A DNA stretch of 64,000 nt from contig CM061247.1 of the NCBI GenBank assembly GCA_022605425.2, positions 1,775,610 through 1,839,609 of the forward strand. The letters are read 5' to 3'. The DNA comes from Hamiltosporidium tvaerminnensis FI-OER-3-3 (lineage: Eukaryota > Fungi > Microsporidia). A model generated the notes under the pieces. That model was given only the letters and a program-made list of their open reading frames with translations. It ran no database searches and was not told the DNA's origin. A program made the position numbers and the translations under genes. Positions 24,498 to 36,981 of this stretch are shown in pieces. Each line of letters begins with the position of its first letter. The stretch's first letter is position 1.

Positions 24498-27236
24498 TTA
24501 CATAGGAGGGTTTCGGCTTTGTTCAATAAAAAACGCAACAATATCTTGTAATTCGATAAATTTTTCTTCCTTTAAAATATTCAATAATCTCGTAAAATCA
24601 TTGTATCTAATATTTTTGAAATCATAAAATCTAAGGGGAGTTATTTGTTCCAGTAGTGTTCTATTATCTTTAAGAAAACTATTTTTTAAATCTTTCAACA
24701 GTTTCATAGGGATTATTCTTGTATCATATATATATTTTTCATAGGTATTCTTTATATGCTTAAAATTCTTTGTATTGTTTTGCATCAAATCAGTATACAA
24801 GCCAGTATCAATATTCGTAATTAGTCTCAAACCAAGTGAAAGTGTAAGTCTATTGGATCTTTGTATCATCGTTTCGATTGGTAACAAGGCATATAAGAAA
24901 GCACTCGGAATTTTCTGATTCAAACCAAACAAATACTTTACGACTGACTTCTGGATTCTATCACTTGCTGAAACATAGGTTTTATTAGCAGCCAATAAAA
25001 ACATTGTATAATCCAAATGTGGTCTAATAAACGTCACATATCCTTTCAAAAGAAGCCTATAATATCCACTATTACCTATGCCGACTTTTTTAATAAGTCC
25101 ATTCTTCATAACAATAGCCGCCTTCAAACTTTTTTTTCTTGTTTCTTTTATTGATGAATTGGTATCCGTTCCCTTCAAATTAAAGTAATACCCCAAATAA
25201 TGCATAGGGCTTTGTTTTTCTATAGGGGAACCATTTACAACTATACGGCATCTCTTATTCGCGTTGTAGAAACACTTCTGTTGGTTAAGCTCATACTTGT
25301 TATCAGATGCATGCAATTGTATACATCTGATAATTTTCCTTATCTGTTTTAGTGTGGCACCAAATAGAAAAATATCATCAGCGTAGATAAACAGATTTTT
25401 TCTTAGATTCTGCGGAATATACAACAATAGGTCATCAATGAAAACATTATACAAATTAGGTGAAAGCACACTTCCCTGTGGTATACCCCTTGAAGCCGTA
25501 AAACAATCGATTTTTCTGTTTCCATGTTCCAAGACGTACGAATTGTTTTCAATAAGCTCCGCTATCAGAAGGGTATCATTTAGTGATAGACATTGGTAAA
25601 CAATTAGTTTCTTATAAAGATTCCACCTATACACTGTATCAAACGCCGACTTTATATCTAATGAAACACAAATTAACTTACCAGCTCCCTTTCTTAACAG
25701 ATGATCAACACCCAAAGCATTATCTATTGGAGAATGTATTTCTCTAAAACCAGTCTGTCGAGTAGAAAGCCTAAATGAAAGCTTTCTTTGAATACACTTT
25801 TCAAACAATTTTCGCGTCTCTTCAATCAACGCAATAAGCCTATAACTTTTCTTTTCTTTTCTGATAAGTCTTATTCTATGGCATTTCCATGCCATAGGTA
25901 CTTTCTTCTCCAATATAATTTGGTTAAAAAGTACACTCAAATGTCCAATAAAATTCATCGGGCAAGCTTTAATTAGTTCATTTCGTATGCCCGACAAACC
26001 CCCCGACTTACCCAATTTTAAATTTCTTATTTCATCCAATAACTCCACAATAGTAATTCCTGTCAATTTGTCACATTCCGTGTCTTTTTTTTTGTTTATA
26101 CTCAAATAGAATTTCTCAATTTTCTTTTTAGTTTCAGACACAGGGACCAATTCTTCTTTGTTAAATTGCAATTCCGCAAACTTTATTTGTCTCTCAGAAA
26201 TTTTTCTTTTTGTACTGCTACCACAAACTAATTTATGCAGCTCGGAAGGTTGTAAGTTACTATGTTTGACCTTACCTTCTTCCACACCCAATCGTTTAAG
26301 TTTCCTACTTAACCTTCTAATTTCCTTTCTCAACAATTGCACCGAATGTGCATCCTTATTTGCTGACTTGCTTCTTCTCAATCTTTTCAAGTGTGACAAA
26401 ATAGGGTTATGTGATATCCTCTGTACCTGTTTTCTGATTTGCAATTTTCTTGCCGCTTTTAGCAAAATCTTATGCAGCAAATTCAATTTTTCGTCAATTG
26501 GTAGAGTATTTAAAAAGAATTCGTTCTTAGTTGTCAGTGTTTCAATCCTTTTCCTTACTTCGCTTAGTGTGTCGGCGTTTTTCAAAAGATTTATATTATA
26601 ATTTGTTTCCAATTGCGTTCCAACCCGCCCAACTTGCACTTTTATTAGCTTATGATTCATTCCTTCAATTTCAATGACAACAGGGGAAACATTAAAATTG
26701 GAAAAGCACTTATCGGGGGTTGAAATTTTGGAGCCGTGCTTATATGTAAATGATGCCAGTTTTGTTTCATATAAGCCCAATTCAGCGTGCTGTTCGAGAA
26801 CAGTTTGTTCATAAGCAACAAAGTTTTCCAAATTATAATCACCCAATGCTAAGAGATCAAAGCCCTCATATTTACTTGGTATTTTATTGATAATTTTATA
26901 GGCAGAAACCGCTGGTGACTTATATATGAATATCAGTAATGTATCATTCATCTTTATACAGATACCAAAGTCTGTGATTGAAGGAATTATTTGGGGGTAA
27001 ATAGATTTCTTCGCCAAAATAAGTATCCCTTCAGAATTTGAGTATCTTTTCTTGACCTTTTTAGAAAGCAATCTGGCAACTATCCTATAGTTTGTATTTA
27101 AGTTATCAATATCATCACGCCAGGTTTCTGCCAGAGCCAATATATCTAATTTATTATCCAATAAAACACAATTTATAATTTCTATTTTTTTAACCGAAAG
27201 TCCTCCTACGTTCAAAAAGCCAATACTATACAACAT
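24498..27236 (-). CDS. LINE ORF2: APE endonuclease + reverse transcriptase (912 aa)
   Basis: APE motifs: FLNVGGL, LAETW, LGDYN, STPDKCF, NHKLI. RT motifs: GKSGGLSGI, YRLIAL, QTGFR, LDIKSAFDTV, GIPQGSVLSPNLYNVFIDDL, IYADDI, HYLGYYF. No C-terminal CCHC seen. Confidence 0.95.
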   Translation of the reverse strand: MLYSIGFLNVGGLSVKKIEIINCVLLDNKLDILALAETWRDDIDNLNTNYRIVARLLSKKVKKRYSNSEGILILAKKSIYPQIIPSITDFGICIKMNDTLLIFIYKSPAVSAYKIINKIPSKYEGFDLLALGDYNLENFVAYEQTVLEQHAELGLYETKLASFTYKHGSKISTPDKCFSNFNVSPVVIEIEGMNHKLIKVQVGRVGTQLETNYNINLLKNADTLSEVRKRIETLTTKNEFFLNTLPIDEKLNLLHKILLKAARKLQIRKQVQRISHNPILSHLKRLRRSKSANKDAHSVQLLRKEIRRLSRKLKRLGVEEGKVKHSNLQPSELHKLVCGSSTKRKISERQIKFAELQFNKEELVPVSETKKKIEKFYLSINKKKDTECDKLTGITIVELLDEIRNLKLGKSGGLSGIRNELIKACPMNFIGHLSVLFNQIILEKKVPMAWKCHRIRLIRKEKKSYRLIALIEETRKLFEKCIQRKLSFRLSTRQTGFREIHSPIDNALGVDHLLRKGAGKLICVSLDIKSAFDTVYRWNLYKKLIVYQCLSLNDTLLIAELIENNSYVLEHGNRKIDCFTASRGIPQGSVLSPNLYNVFIDDLLLYIPQNLRKNLFIYADDIFLFGATLKQIRKIIRCIQLHASDNKYELNQQKCFYNANKRCRIVVNGSPIEKQSPMHYLGYYFNLKGTDTNSSIKETRKKSLKAAIVMKNGLIKKVGIGNSGYYRLLLKGYVTFIRPHLDYTMFLLAANKTYVSASDRIQKSVVKYLFGLNQKIPSAFLYALLPIETMIQRSNRLTLSLGLRLITNIDTGLYTDLMQNNTKNFKHIKNTYEKYIYDTRIIPMKLLKDLKNSFLKDNRTLLEQITPLRFYDFKNIRYNDFTRLLNILKEEKFIELQDIVAFFIEQSRNPPM

Positions 27237-28134
27237 TATTTTTTTTTATTTTATTGGGGTTGAGTTTCTCTTCCGAGCCAATACTTTTGGCCATTATATT
27301 GGCGCTCATGAGAAACTCAAGCAGTTCTTCCCCATCTAATTTGTTTAAGCGAACTGCAAATCTTTTTAATCTTAAATTTTTGTTTTCTTTTCTTTGGTAG
27401 ATTTTTTTCATTCGTTCTTTCAGAGCAGAAACATTTAGATGTTTCTGCTCATTAATTTCAGGACTGTTTTTTAGGTAGGTCGCTGGCAAACCTTCAATTA
27501 ATGTAACAATTTTTGATTTGTATTTATCTATACAAATCACTTCCAGCGTACTTTCCCCTATGAAGTCTAAATTTATTATATATCTCGAAACTTCTTGATT
27601 AATTGATTGCAGGGAAAGTTTATACAGCCTTGTCCTATTACGTTTGATTCCTGTAAAATAAACAAATATATATTTTGTAATAGGAAACGGAGATTCACCT
27701 GAAATTACCAACGCAATCTGTTCTTTGGTCAATTTCGACTGGTTTAGATTAGTAAACTCTTCCTCCGGCGGGGAATTCAATAGCTTAGTAATAACCGGAT
27801 CGCTAGTCTTTTTCGTTACACTGATATTTGACTTATCCGATTCGTTTATTTCACCCTTTTTATTTTGAAACGCATAAGCAAAATTCTCAGCGATTTGTGT
27901 GCTATAAGATCGCTTACAGCTGTTGCAATAGGTACGGAGATCATTAAGGTTCTTCCCCGTACCCTTATTCGATGTATTTAACGAGAAACAATACGGACAG
28001 GGTAGTTTTGGTTTATTCGGATCCCTCTTTTTTCTAGGCGTATGGGGAAGCTTCGGTGCCTGATTCCCAATCACATATTTGATTCTTGGAATAGTGGGAT
28101 CATTGTCTGACTCCGAGCTCTCGGTTTTTTTCAT
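27226..28134 (-). CDS. LINE ORF1 (302 aa): N-terminal C4 zinc ribbon plus predicted RRM-like domain
   Basis: Lies immediately upstream of ORF2. Contains CPYC-x20-CNSC. The C-terminal half (YIFVYFTGIKR...IINLDFIGESTLEVIC) resembles ORF1 regions of LINEs from early-diverging fungi (from recall, not searched). Confidence 0.8.
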   Translation of the reverse strand: MKKTESSESDNDPTIPRIKYVIGNQAPKLPHTPRKKRDPNKPKLPCPYCFSLNTSNKGTGKNLNDLRTYCNSCKRSYSTQIAENFAYAFQNKKGEINESDKSNISVTKKTSDPVITKLLNSPPEEEFTNLNQSKLTKEQIALVISGESPFPITKYIFVYFTGIKRNRTRLYKLSLQSINQEVSRYIINLDFIGESTLEVICIDKYKSKIVTLIEGLPATYLKNSPEINEQKHLNVSALKERMKKIYQRKENKNLRLKRFAVRLNKLDGEELLEFLMSANIMAKSIGSEEKLNPNKIKKNNVV

Positions 28135-29809
28135 GAATACTGAAATTCGCTACGTATTTATAGTTTTAATGAATTTTTTTGATTCGACAGTAGTAATCTA
28201 AGTTTTGAAAAGCGAAACATACAAATCCAAAGCCGAATAAATTTAATTAGATACAACGAACAAGAAGAATACATTATATCGTAATATATTAATTGAAGAA
28301 ATATAAATCAAACGGTTACAGAAATAATATCGCAGGAATATTATTTAATTAAAAACTTTACAATCATAGCAAATTATTTTTTGTTTTCCGAATACTAAAA
28401 AAAGATTCAGCAGAACCAAGATACCTTATCTTATCCAATAGATATATGCCTGTATGCAAACGAACTTCAGAATAGAAAGCTAAACTTGTAAAAATAGAAT
28501 TTTGTAAAAACAGGGAATTTAATCAAAAAAAAACAAAAGGATTAAATAAAGCATTTTCATTGAAATTGTTTTTCGTTATCTGAATATACTTTTCCAAAAA
28601 AATTAATTAAATTTCCAATTAAAAAACATTTTTCTTTTTTTACATTTTATCTTGCAAGAAAAGCATTAAATTCCTTCAATTAATTAATTTGAATGCTATC
28701 ACATAGGATTTGTTATATAAAGAAAGTATTACGCAATGTATCTCCCATATTTTTCTTTCTATTCCCTGACCTAGTTTGAGATTAGCGGTTTTTGCCAAAG
28801 ATTAACCGACAAGTATTATTTTTTAAAACAAAACAAACGGGGCACAGGCAGGAATTTAGAGTCTAAAGGCTCTGTTTTATATAAGCCATAAAATTTCTAT
28901 TTAAGATTATTCTGAACCACCAAAGAAAGTTTATTTCGCGAAAGAAATTCAGGAGCAAGTAAAGTGGGTGTAGGAGAAAGGGTACAAATTCACCTTTAAC
29001 TGATAAACAAGTCGTGTAAAGGTACAAAGATAATAAAAAGTCTTTTATATGTGCTCTTATCTTGTTTATATATGGTCTTGCTTGTTTTAAGTTTTAAGTT
29101 TATGGTTTAGGGAAACAAAGAAAAGATCTTTGCATTTTTAGCGTGTTTTTATTCCGTTAATTAAAACATGCCTCATAAAGAAGTCTTAAAAATTTTTTTT
29201 TCTGTTTCTAGCAGCTGTGACTTTTTACATAAATTTTATGCTTTCTTAGAAATTGGGTGTAATCTGCTTAGGTTTAAATATACGGTGATAACGTATAGAA
29301 GCAATATCTTCTACTAAAGAATTTTTAAAGTAATATTATACTTTCATTTTAATAGTAGCAATAGTAAATATGTGTAATTAGACTAACACATTTTTTAAAT
29401 ATCATTAGACAATGTTTTACAATTTATTTTATGATTTACGATATGGCATAAAAAGTTTTTACCAATGGTTTCTTTCTTATGAAAAATATTTAAAATAAAA
29501 AAGTTAGAATTGTTTTCAGAAACTAAAGGCATTTAAACCCTGGGATTTTTAAACGTTAACCTTTTTAAAAAATAATCATTCAATAGTTATATTTTAAATC
29601 CTAAACAGATATCAAAATTATTTAAACAATACATGTTATACCAGTAAATTAAATTTCTCAGGTACTCTTTTGACTTACTACTGTTAAAAGTCTGTAACAA
29701 TTTGTAACATTGTATGTTGTAGCTATATAGATAAGAAAAAATAAATATCAACAAAAAAAACCTAAAAATGATGGAATTTATAAATACGTTTAATTATACT
29801 TACAAACCC

Positions 29810-31800
29810 TTTACCCTGACCCAATAACATCTTTTCATTATTCTGAATTTATTTTATTACCAGGCCAACCTTTCCCTTCAACACAATCTGAAGACCCCAA
29901 CCTCATAACTACCAAAAACTCAAAAATGTCACTTTTACACTTGACTTATTAAAGAAGCAAGACCAATAATAATCACTTTGACCTTACCCTAACCCAGAAC
30001 ATGTGAAATATAAAGAAACAGCCCTAACCAATTCAGTTAGTGTTAGGGTCAAGATTTGGTATTGGCTAAATAGGAGATTGTTTTATTTTCTCAGTAAGAA
30101 CATCTCTAGTTTTCTTAAATATTTCTATTCGGTAAATCATTTTCTCTAATTCTTTATTAAACACCTTGAATTTTTTTGAAGAAAATATAAAATTCATTAA
30201 TATTCTCTTATTTCCCTTTTTATCTTTACTGAATATAATTCACTGTTTAAAAATTTGTTAGGGTATATATTTCCCTACTTTCGCCCAATTTTTTTAATAA
30301 AACAAGTTAGGGTAACTATATTTTTTTTTTCGTGTCAGTAGGGTTTTTTTATTTTTAAAAACGAAGTTTTTACCGTATATTCTTTAAATTTCTTATAATA
30401 AGTTAGGGAAAATGAAAGAAATTTTTTGTAAAAAAAATTACTATGTTTATAAGCCACAAATTAGGAAAGAAGTGCCATACTTTAGGATAGTACTTGGGTT
30501 AGGGAAAATACTTCGCTTAATAACAATAGGTTAGGGTAAAACACTTTTTTATTTTTTCAGTAGGGAAATTATTCATTATAAATTTTTATATTTTTTACCC
30601 CAGCTATTTTTGCAAGATCGGTTGGGGAAAGGACAGTTGGTAAAAAAAATTAATGGAAAGTTAAGGGAAACAGAAAAAAGTAGGAAAACAAGAAAAAAGT
30701 TAGGAAAAAAGAAAGTCTGTTATAACATAAAGTTAGGGCAAGCAGAATCCTGGTTTGGGAAAACAGAATTGTGTTAGGTTGAAAATTTGTTTATACGAAA
30801 AGAAATGATTTTAAATAGAAGATAGAATCAGTTTTAGAAATAATATTTGTTAAATAGAAAAATGTTTGATACAATAATTAGGTTAGGGAAACTTCAAGTG
30901 GGGTTAAGGAAAAATTAGTAGGATTGAGAAAAACATCTAGTTAAGAAAAAACAATAGGTTATTACGAGTAAAAGTTAAGGAAAAAATAAGTATTTAAGAA
31001 GGTTTAGAAAGTTAGGGAAGTTAGGAAAAACAAAATATGTATAGGAAAAAGTTAGTTAGGGGTAAATAAGTTTTTTTTGGAGAGAAAGAGTAGAATATAA
31101 ATCATTTGGTAGGGAAAAGAGCTACTGAGTTTAGGGAAAGGAAAAGGGTTAGGGAAGGGTTAGGGTAAAAGAAGTAATCAATTGGTAGGGAATTTTCAGA
31201 AACTTTTTTGGTAAAAAAAATAAGGAGTAAAAACAGCATAGGAACTATAAATAATTTTTTAGTGGAAAAAAAGGACAGGTTAGGGAGAAGGGTTAGGAAA
31301 ATTAAAAATAATTTTTTTCCTAAAAAAAGGTAGGTAACATATTTGGTTGACAATAGTTAAATTGTGTAATTCAAGAGAAGTATTAGAGTATAAAAAGATA
31401 GGGTTAGGGGGAAGCGGAATTGTATAGGGAAAAAAATTTTGATTTTTGCAATTACAATTTTGATAAGGGCTCTCTATAATTGAAGAATGTAAACTGTCTT
31501 TACATTAAATATATAGCTTTATTCGTTGGGACGTTTTTTACTCCCTAAATTCTTTAGGCATAATTTAATAAATTTTTTTCTTTTATAATTACTTATAATG
31601 CTCTATTTTTTTTTAATTTTTGGTTAGGGAAATCTCTTGTATTATTAGGGTTTTTTACTTTGCATGCGTCGGTAATAATACTATATTTAAATCGGTTAGG
31701 GAAGTAGGTAAATACAACTAAAAAGATTTTAAATTATTTATATAAATGTTTTAAAGCATTAAATTGTATTTCCCTACCGGAGTTAGGGAAATTATAGAGC
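29810..31800. repeat. Interstitial telomere-motif-rich block (dispersed CCCTAA, then TTAGGG)
   Basis: CCCTGACCC/CCCTAACC occur at 29810-30030. From ~30040 onward there are roughly 18 exact TTAGGG plus many TAGGG/TTAGG variants, non-tandem and nearly all on the + strand. Confidence 0.8.
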
Positions 31801-32469
31801 TAATAGTTCTAAATCACATGTAGAGGATACTTCAACATATAGATTCAAGCTCAATCCAAGTTTTTTAAATATAATGATTAATTATCTTTCTTTTTATATT
31901 TTAAGTATATAAATCATTGTTGAATGATATAATATAAATCAACATACCCAATCCCTAGAAATTTTATTTAGTGAAATAGAATACCGTCTCGGTTTCTAAA
32001 CATACTTTATTTTCTAGTTATTATAATATAATATTCATCTATGAATATATTTAGATATCAAAGTATCATTCATTCTCTTACAGTACTTTATTTAATTAAT
32101 TTCAAAAAAGTTTAAAAATTTATTTGTAGCTTTACATACAAACAAGAAAAAAATATGTATAAATAGTTAAAAAATAAGAAAATATTTAGTTTAATATAAA
32201 ACCAAATTTATTTAAGGATTACCTATTGTTAAACTAAATTAAAATATCACGTGAAATATTCTATAATTCGATTTTTTCTTTGTTTAATATGTACGACTTC
32301 ATAAACAAGTTTAACTCGAAAAAATACAAAATTAAACTATTTTTTGAATTAGTGGTAGAATTTTGAATAAACAAGAGAAATAGATTAAGAAAACTAAAAT
32401 TGACATATAATTAACGTATAAACATTTATTTAAATTTGGTTTTAATTTATAATTTGTATAGAAACACAT

Positions 32470-33230
32470 TTATCACTCAAGATATTTTATTGTACTATCG
32501 ATTTTATTTAAATTTAATTCTGTAAATCTTTACTGTATAATATATAAGTCTAAAAAAAGACTTAATAACATAATTAAAAACAATAAATATACTTATAGTA
32601 AAAATAATTTAAGTCAGAATAATAAGACTACATAGTAAAAAAACCAATAATTTTTTTGTATAGATATTTTAAGTGGATTTAAATATCGATTTACTTATAT
32701 AGATTATAGTAATAAATAATAAATGAATGTCTGTATAAATATAGAGACTATCAAATATATTTCAATAAAGATAATATTAACATTTTTCTTCTTCCTCTAT
32801 AAAATAGTATACAAGAAATTTTAAAAACTTTTTCAGATGTATTTCTTTATTTTTATTTGCTTTGTATCCTTTTTAAGCTAAAGAAGCAATACATATATGC
32901 TACTTGGCAGTTTGCACAATTTTTGAAAAAGTAACTAGTATGAGGTTATATAGAAATCCAAAAGTACGTTTCAATACTCTATATGATTAATGTTCTAACA
33001 AATATATTGAGGGCTTTTAAAAACGATTTCACAAAAATCAATACGGCCATATTTAGGTTAAAAACGACGTATTATTATCAGGATAAAAAAATCTTATTTT
33101 TAGATAATGAGTTGGTTTTAAATAGTTAGAATGTAATAAAAAACCAAAAAAAAGCACCCATACCTTACACCCAAAAACTTCCAATTATAGTAATTTTATA
33201 AGTTTATTAAGGTTGGCCCCTTAAGATGCT
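32470..33230 (+). repeat. Segmental duplication (block X), paralog of 39645-40395
   Basis: Colinear anchors at an offset of ~7.17 kb: TCAAGA(T/C)ATTTTA, TATATAAGTCTAA, TATGAGGTTATAT, AAACGATTTCA, TCTTATTTT.AGATA.TGAGT, ATACCTTACAC, AAAAACTTCCAATTAT. Confidence 0.85.
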
Positions 33231-34019
33231 ATAAGAAGAAATACCATTAAATCATATGCGTATTCTTAACGATTTAATAATAAATAAAAATTTTTTAGAA
33301 TAATTACTATAAAATAAATTTTAATTCATAATTATTCATAAAAGTTGTAAATTTTTAAAAATTTTCATTTTTTGAAGAAAAAAGCTAAAATTTTTCAGAA
33401 AGTATATAGAATGTGAAAGTTTTTTTCTAGATTATAGATATTTAAAAAACTCGATAGATATATAAATATAAAATGAATCCATAAAAATAGTACACAATTT
33501 AAAAATTAAATGAAAAAATGTAGAAAATATAAAAATTTATACAAGATTTTTAAAATATAAAAAATACGCTTAAATCCATATAAAACTTAAAAAAAACATA
33601 AAGGCTCGAAAAAATAGTGACGAATAACAAAAGTTGTAAGAATACTGAAGCATAAAAAATTCCAGAGATTTCAAAAAAACCTTATAAAGTTTTTAAAAAC
33701 ATTTTTTTTTGAAAAATGTATAAAAAAGAAAAAACATTTCTTTAAAATGTAAAATATACACAAAATTAAAAAAAGTAAACGTTTGGAAATTTTGTAAAAT
33801 CAAATTTTCAACAAAAGACACTTTCAAATTCACATTTGTTTTTAATATCTAAATATTCACAGATAGAATAAAGATATTTTCGAACTCAAATGTGTAATTC
33901 ATCCAAAACCCTTGGGATTGGGATATCACTCTAAGAGATAATACGATAAAATCAAATTAAAAGAGAAAAACTAAAAACCGAAAGTAAAATAAAATTAAAA
34001 GCTGTTTTAATTCTGATTT

Positions 34020-35880
34020 ACTCTCCGATCAACCTTTTTGCTGCCCATTTTTCACCTTACTCTACATTTTACTTCCTTCTAGGTTCTTTTCTAACAATTG
34101 CAGCTTGAAAATGTATCTCAATATACCATACCACTACTGCAATCTGTCATATCCCTCGCCCTGCATTATTTCAGACCAACTATTTTATATACATTACCCA
34201 GACTACGGAATCTCAATATCATAATTCCCATTAAAAGAAAGATTACAAAACATACTAAAAAAATCTACTAAACTATATAAGTTAGAGTTTTTTTTATTAT
34301 TTTTTTGGTTTGAGATTACGTGGAAAGGCAAGTTTTACTTTCTCCGTGACAACCGATTCGAATTTACAAATTAAATTTTTGTTAGTAAAACAGTTTTTTT
34401 ATTATTTTCCTTATTTTTAAACAATTTAATTTTCTTTTAACAACTTTAGAGGATATTCTTATAAAACTGTATTTCGTTTATTTTATCTACTATAGTTGAA
34501 TTCACCTTATTTTTTTAAACTTTTTGGGGTTTACGATTCCCTAACTTCACAAAAGGTATATTATTACAAAAAGAAACCTAAATATATTCTTAGATTAATA
34601 GTATTCTATGAATCATTTTTAAATCTAAATTTGTGTCTTTTCACATTTCTATTTTCTAAGAAAAAATATATTTTTAAAAAAGTAAATTTACAACCAAAAT
34701 AAATTTTTATTTATAAAGATTTTAAGTAGAAAAGGATTGGTTAAAAGGATAAATCCCATTATTACTAGTGAATAATTAGGAAAACCACTTTTTATAGGTA
34801 AGAACAGAGATTTTTTCACACCATAGGGTATAAAAAAATAGAAACCCAACTTTTAGTTAAGAGAATTATTTTTCTGAATTAATTTCTATTTTTTTTACCC
34901 CAAATTTTATCAACAAGAATAAAATAATTAGAGAGAAAGAATATTAGTCAAGGAAAAAGATTGTAGTTAGCGAAGCAAGAATGGTTCTACGAAAAAAGTT
35001 AGGAATTAAGTCAGAAGAGTAAATATATATCTGTTGAGTAGATCGGGGCCAGCAAGTAAAAAAAAATTAGTTTGTGAAAAAAGATAGTAGTTAGGGAAAA
35101 GATTCTGATTCGGAAAAAGATTTAGATAGAGAAGAACAGGATTATAAAGGAAGAAAATTGCGTATGGGAAAAGAGAATTACTATAAAAACAGGGTTGGGA
35201 ACTAGGGTTTAGGTTCAATGAAAAGGTATGTCAAAGAAATAAAATATTAATTGCAAAAATTAAAAAAAATACCAAGGAAAGTTGAAATCAAAAGAAAAGA
35301 ATCTGTTTTTAAGCAAAAGAACCGACAGAAAGAAAATATCTAGTTGAAATCAGTGGAGTCGGATAATTAATAGAATATTTGTTTTAAAGATACAAAATTT
35401 CAAAAAAGAAAGTTATTTGGACAGAATCTTAAAATATCTTTGAGAAAAATAATTGTCTGTTAGAAAAGCAAGTTTATGGCAAAAAGAAAGTTAGGGCGGA
35501 AAAGAATTAGTTGACGAAGAAATAGATTTAAAGATAAAATGATTTGGTTAGGAAAATGATGAATATATTAGAAAATATATTTAAAATATAAAGAAATTTA
35601 GGGGAAAAAATATTTTGTTATGTAGAACAGGCGCAAGGGTAAAAATAATCGAGGTAGGGAAATAATCTTAGGGTTGAAGAAAAACGTTTGGTTTGGGTGC
35701 TAAAAATTAGGATAGGGAAAACTTTTTTGGAGTGATATGAAATTAGTTAGTTGAGTGAAAAAAGTTTTTGCCTTTTTTAAAGTGAGTTTGGTTTTAGAAG
35801 TATTTGATTCTGCATATGCTCAATAAAATATTGTTGAGCAACAGTTTAAAAATTCTGATTGCGGTTAGGGGAAATATTTC
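34020..35880. repeat. Second, more decayed C-rich to G-rich telomere-motif block
   Basis: C-rich at 34020-34230 and G/A-rich with scattered TTAGGG/TAGGG from ~34720. The segment 34850-34918 aligns with 30553-30616 (TTTTTTACCCCA anchor). Confidence 0.6.
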
Positions 35881-36981
35881 TGTCTATTACAATAAAAATT
35901 ATCTTTCATTAATATTCATCTACTTTTTAATTTTTTTAATACCATTGGGGAATTCTTTTTTAAAACATAAATATTTTTGGTTTCAAAGTTTCAAAAGTAG
36001 TTTTCAGTGGCAAACGTTATGGAATCTACTAAATTCAAATTATTACACGTAAAAAATCATTTAATATTAGGAGTTTACTTTTTTAAAATTTTAGATGAAT
36101 AAACTCAATACTTGTTTGTTTATTGTTAAAAATTTATTTTAATTAAAAACGCTAAAAGCTTTGCATTTCGAAGCACTTTTATTTTTATATTCAAAAGTAC
36201 GCCGCTATTTTATTCATAAGTGTTTTCAATGTAAAAACCAATGTCTGCATTTTTTACTTACTTGTTTAAAAGCAAGAAAATCATAAAAAACTTTTAAAAA
36301 GTGCGATTTCAAAAGGCATTTAAGGATATCTTCGTTTTATTTCTATTTATTGTGAATTCGTTATAAAAGGGAAACTAAAACTTTCTATGGTCGAGCCAAA
36401 AAAAGCCATTTTAATATAATTTGATAAGAATTGAAAGATTTCATGCAAATCACACAAACTAGCTTAGAAAAGCAAAATAAAAAAGTTGATTTATTTAGAA
36501 AGTGTATAAAGCAGCTAATACCATTCCAATTAAAAAGTTTTGCTTCTAGTGACCTGGGTGAGAGAGATACTTGAGAAATATAGTAAAGAAAATAATATTT
36601 ACCTAACCTGTAGCAGTGAAATACTTGAGAAAGTTAGTTTAGAAAAACATTAAAGAAATATAGGATTTGATTAACATTTCAATTCCCTTACTTAAGTTCT
36701 GTAACCTAGCTAGCAACAAAGTATGTAAAACCTTTAGAAAAATAAAACGAACATAATTATTTAAATAGAAATGTAAATATATAAGAATCTACACATATGC
36801 AAAATATTAAAAAGACCTATTGTTTTAGATTGTGATTGAATTAAAGTACTTAAAAGCATACAAGCAAAATTGTAGATATTGTAAATAATGAATTAGGGTT
36901 GTTCGTAAGATGATTAAAGATTTTTTTGAACGGTATTTTGATATAATTTTATTATATAGGGTATATTTCTATAAACAACTT

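Larger units (their letters stand above)
24421..28134 (-). mobile_element. Two-ORF APE-type non-LTR retrotransposon (LINE), apparently intact; 5' boundary upstream of 28134 not resolved
   Basis: ORF1 and ORF2 overlap by 11 nt. The 77 nt 3' UTR carries hairpins and ends TTATTAAATAAA. Confidence 0.9.

Noticed and set aside
28341-28360. TSD for the APE LINE (AAAAACTTTA at 24415-24424 and 28351-28360)
   Set aside because: A low-complexity 10-mer that also occurs at ~24355, so it cannot fix the 5' boundary without other copies.
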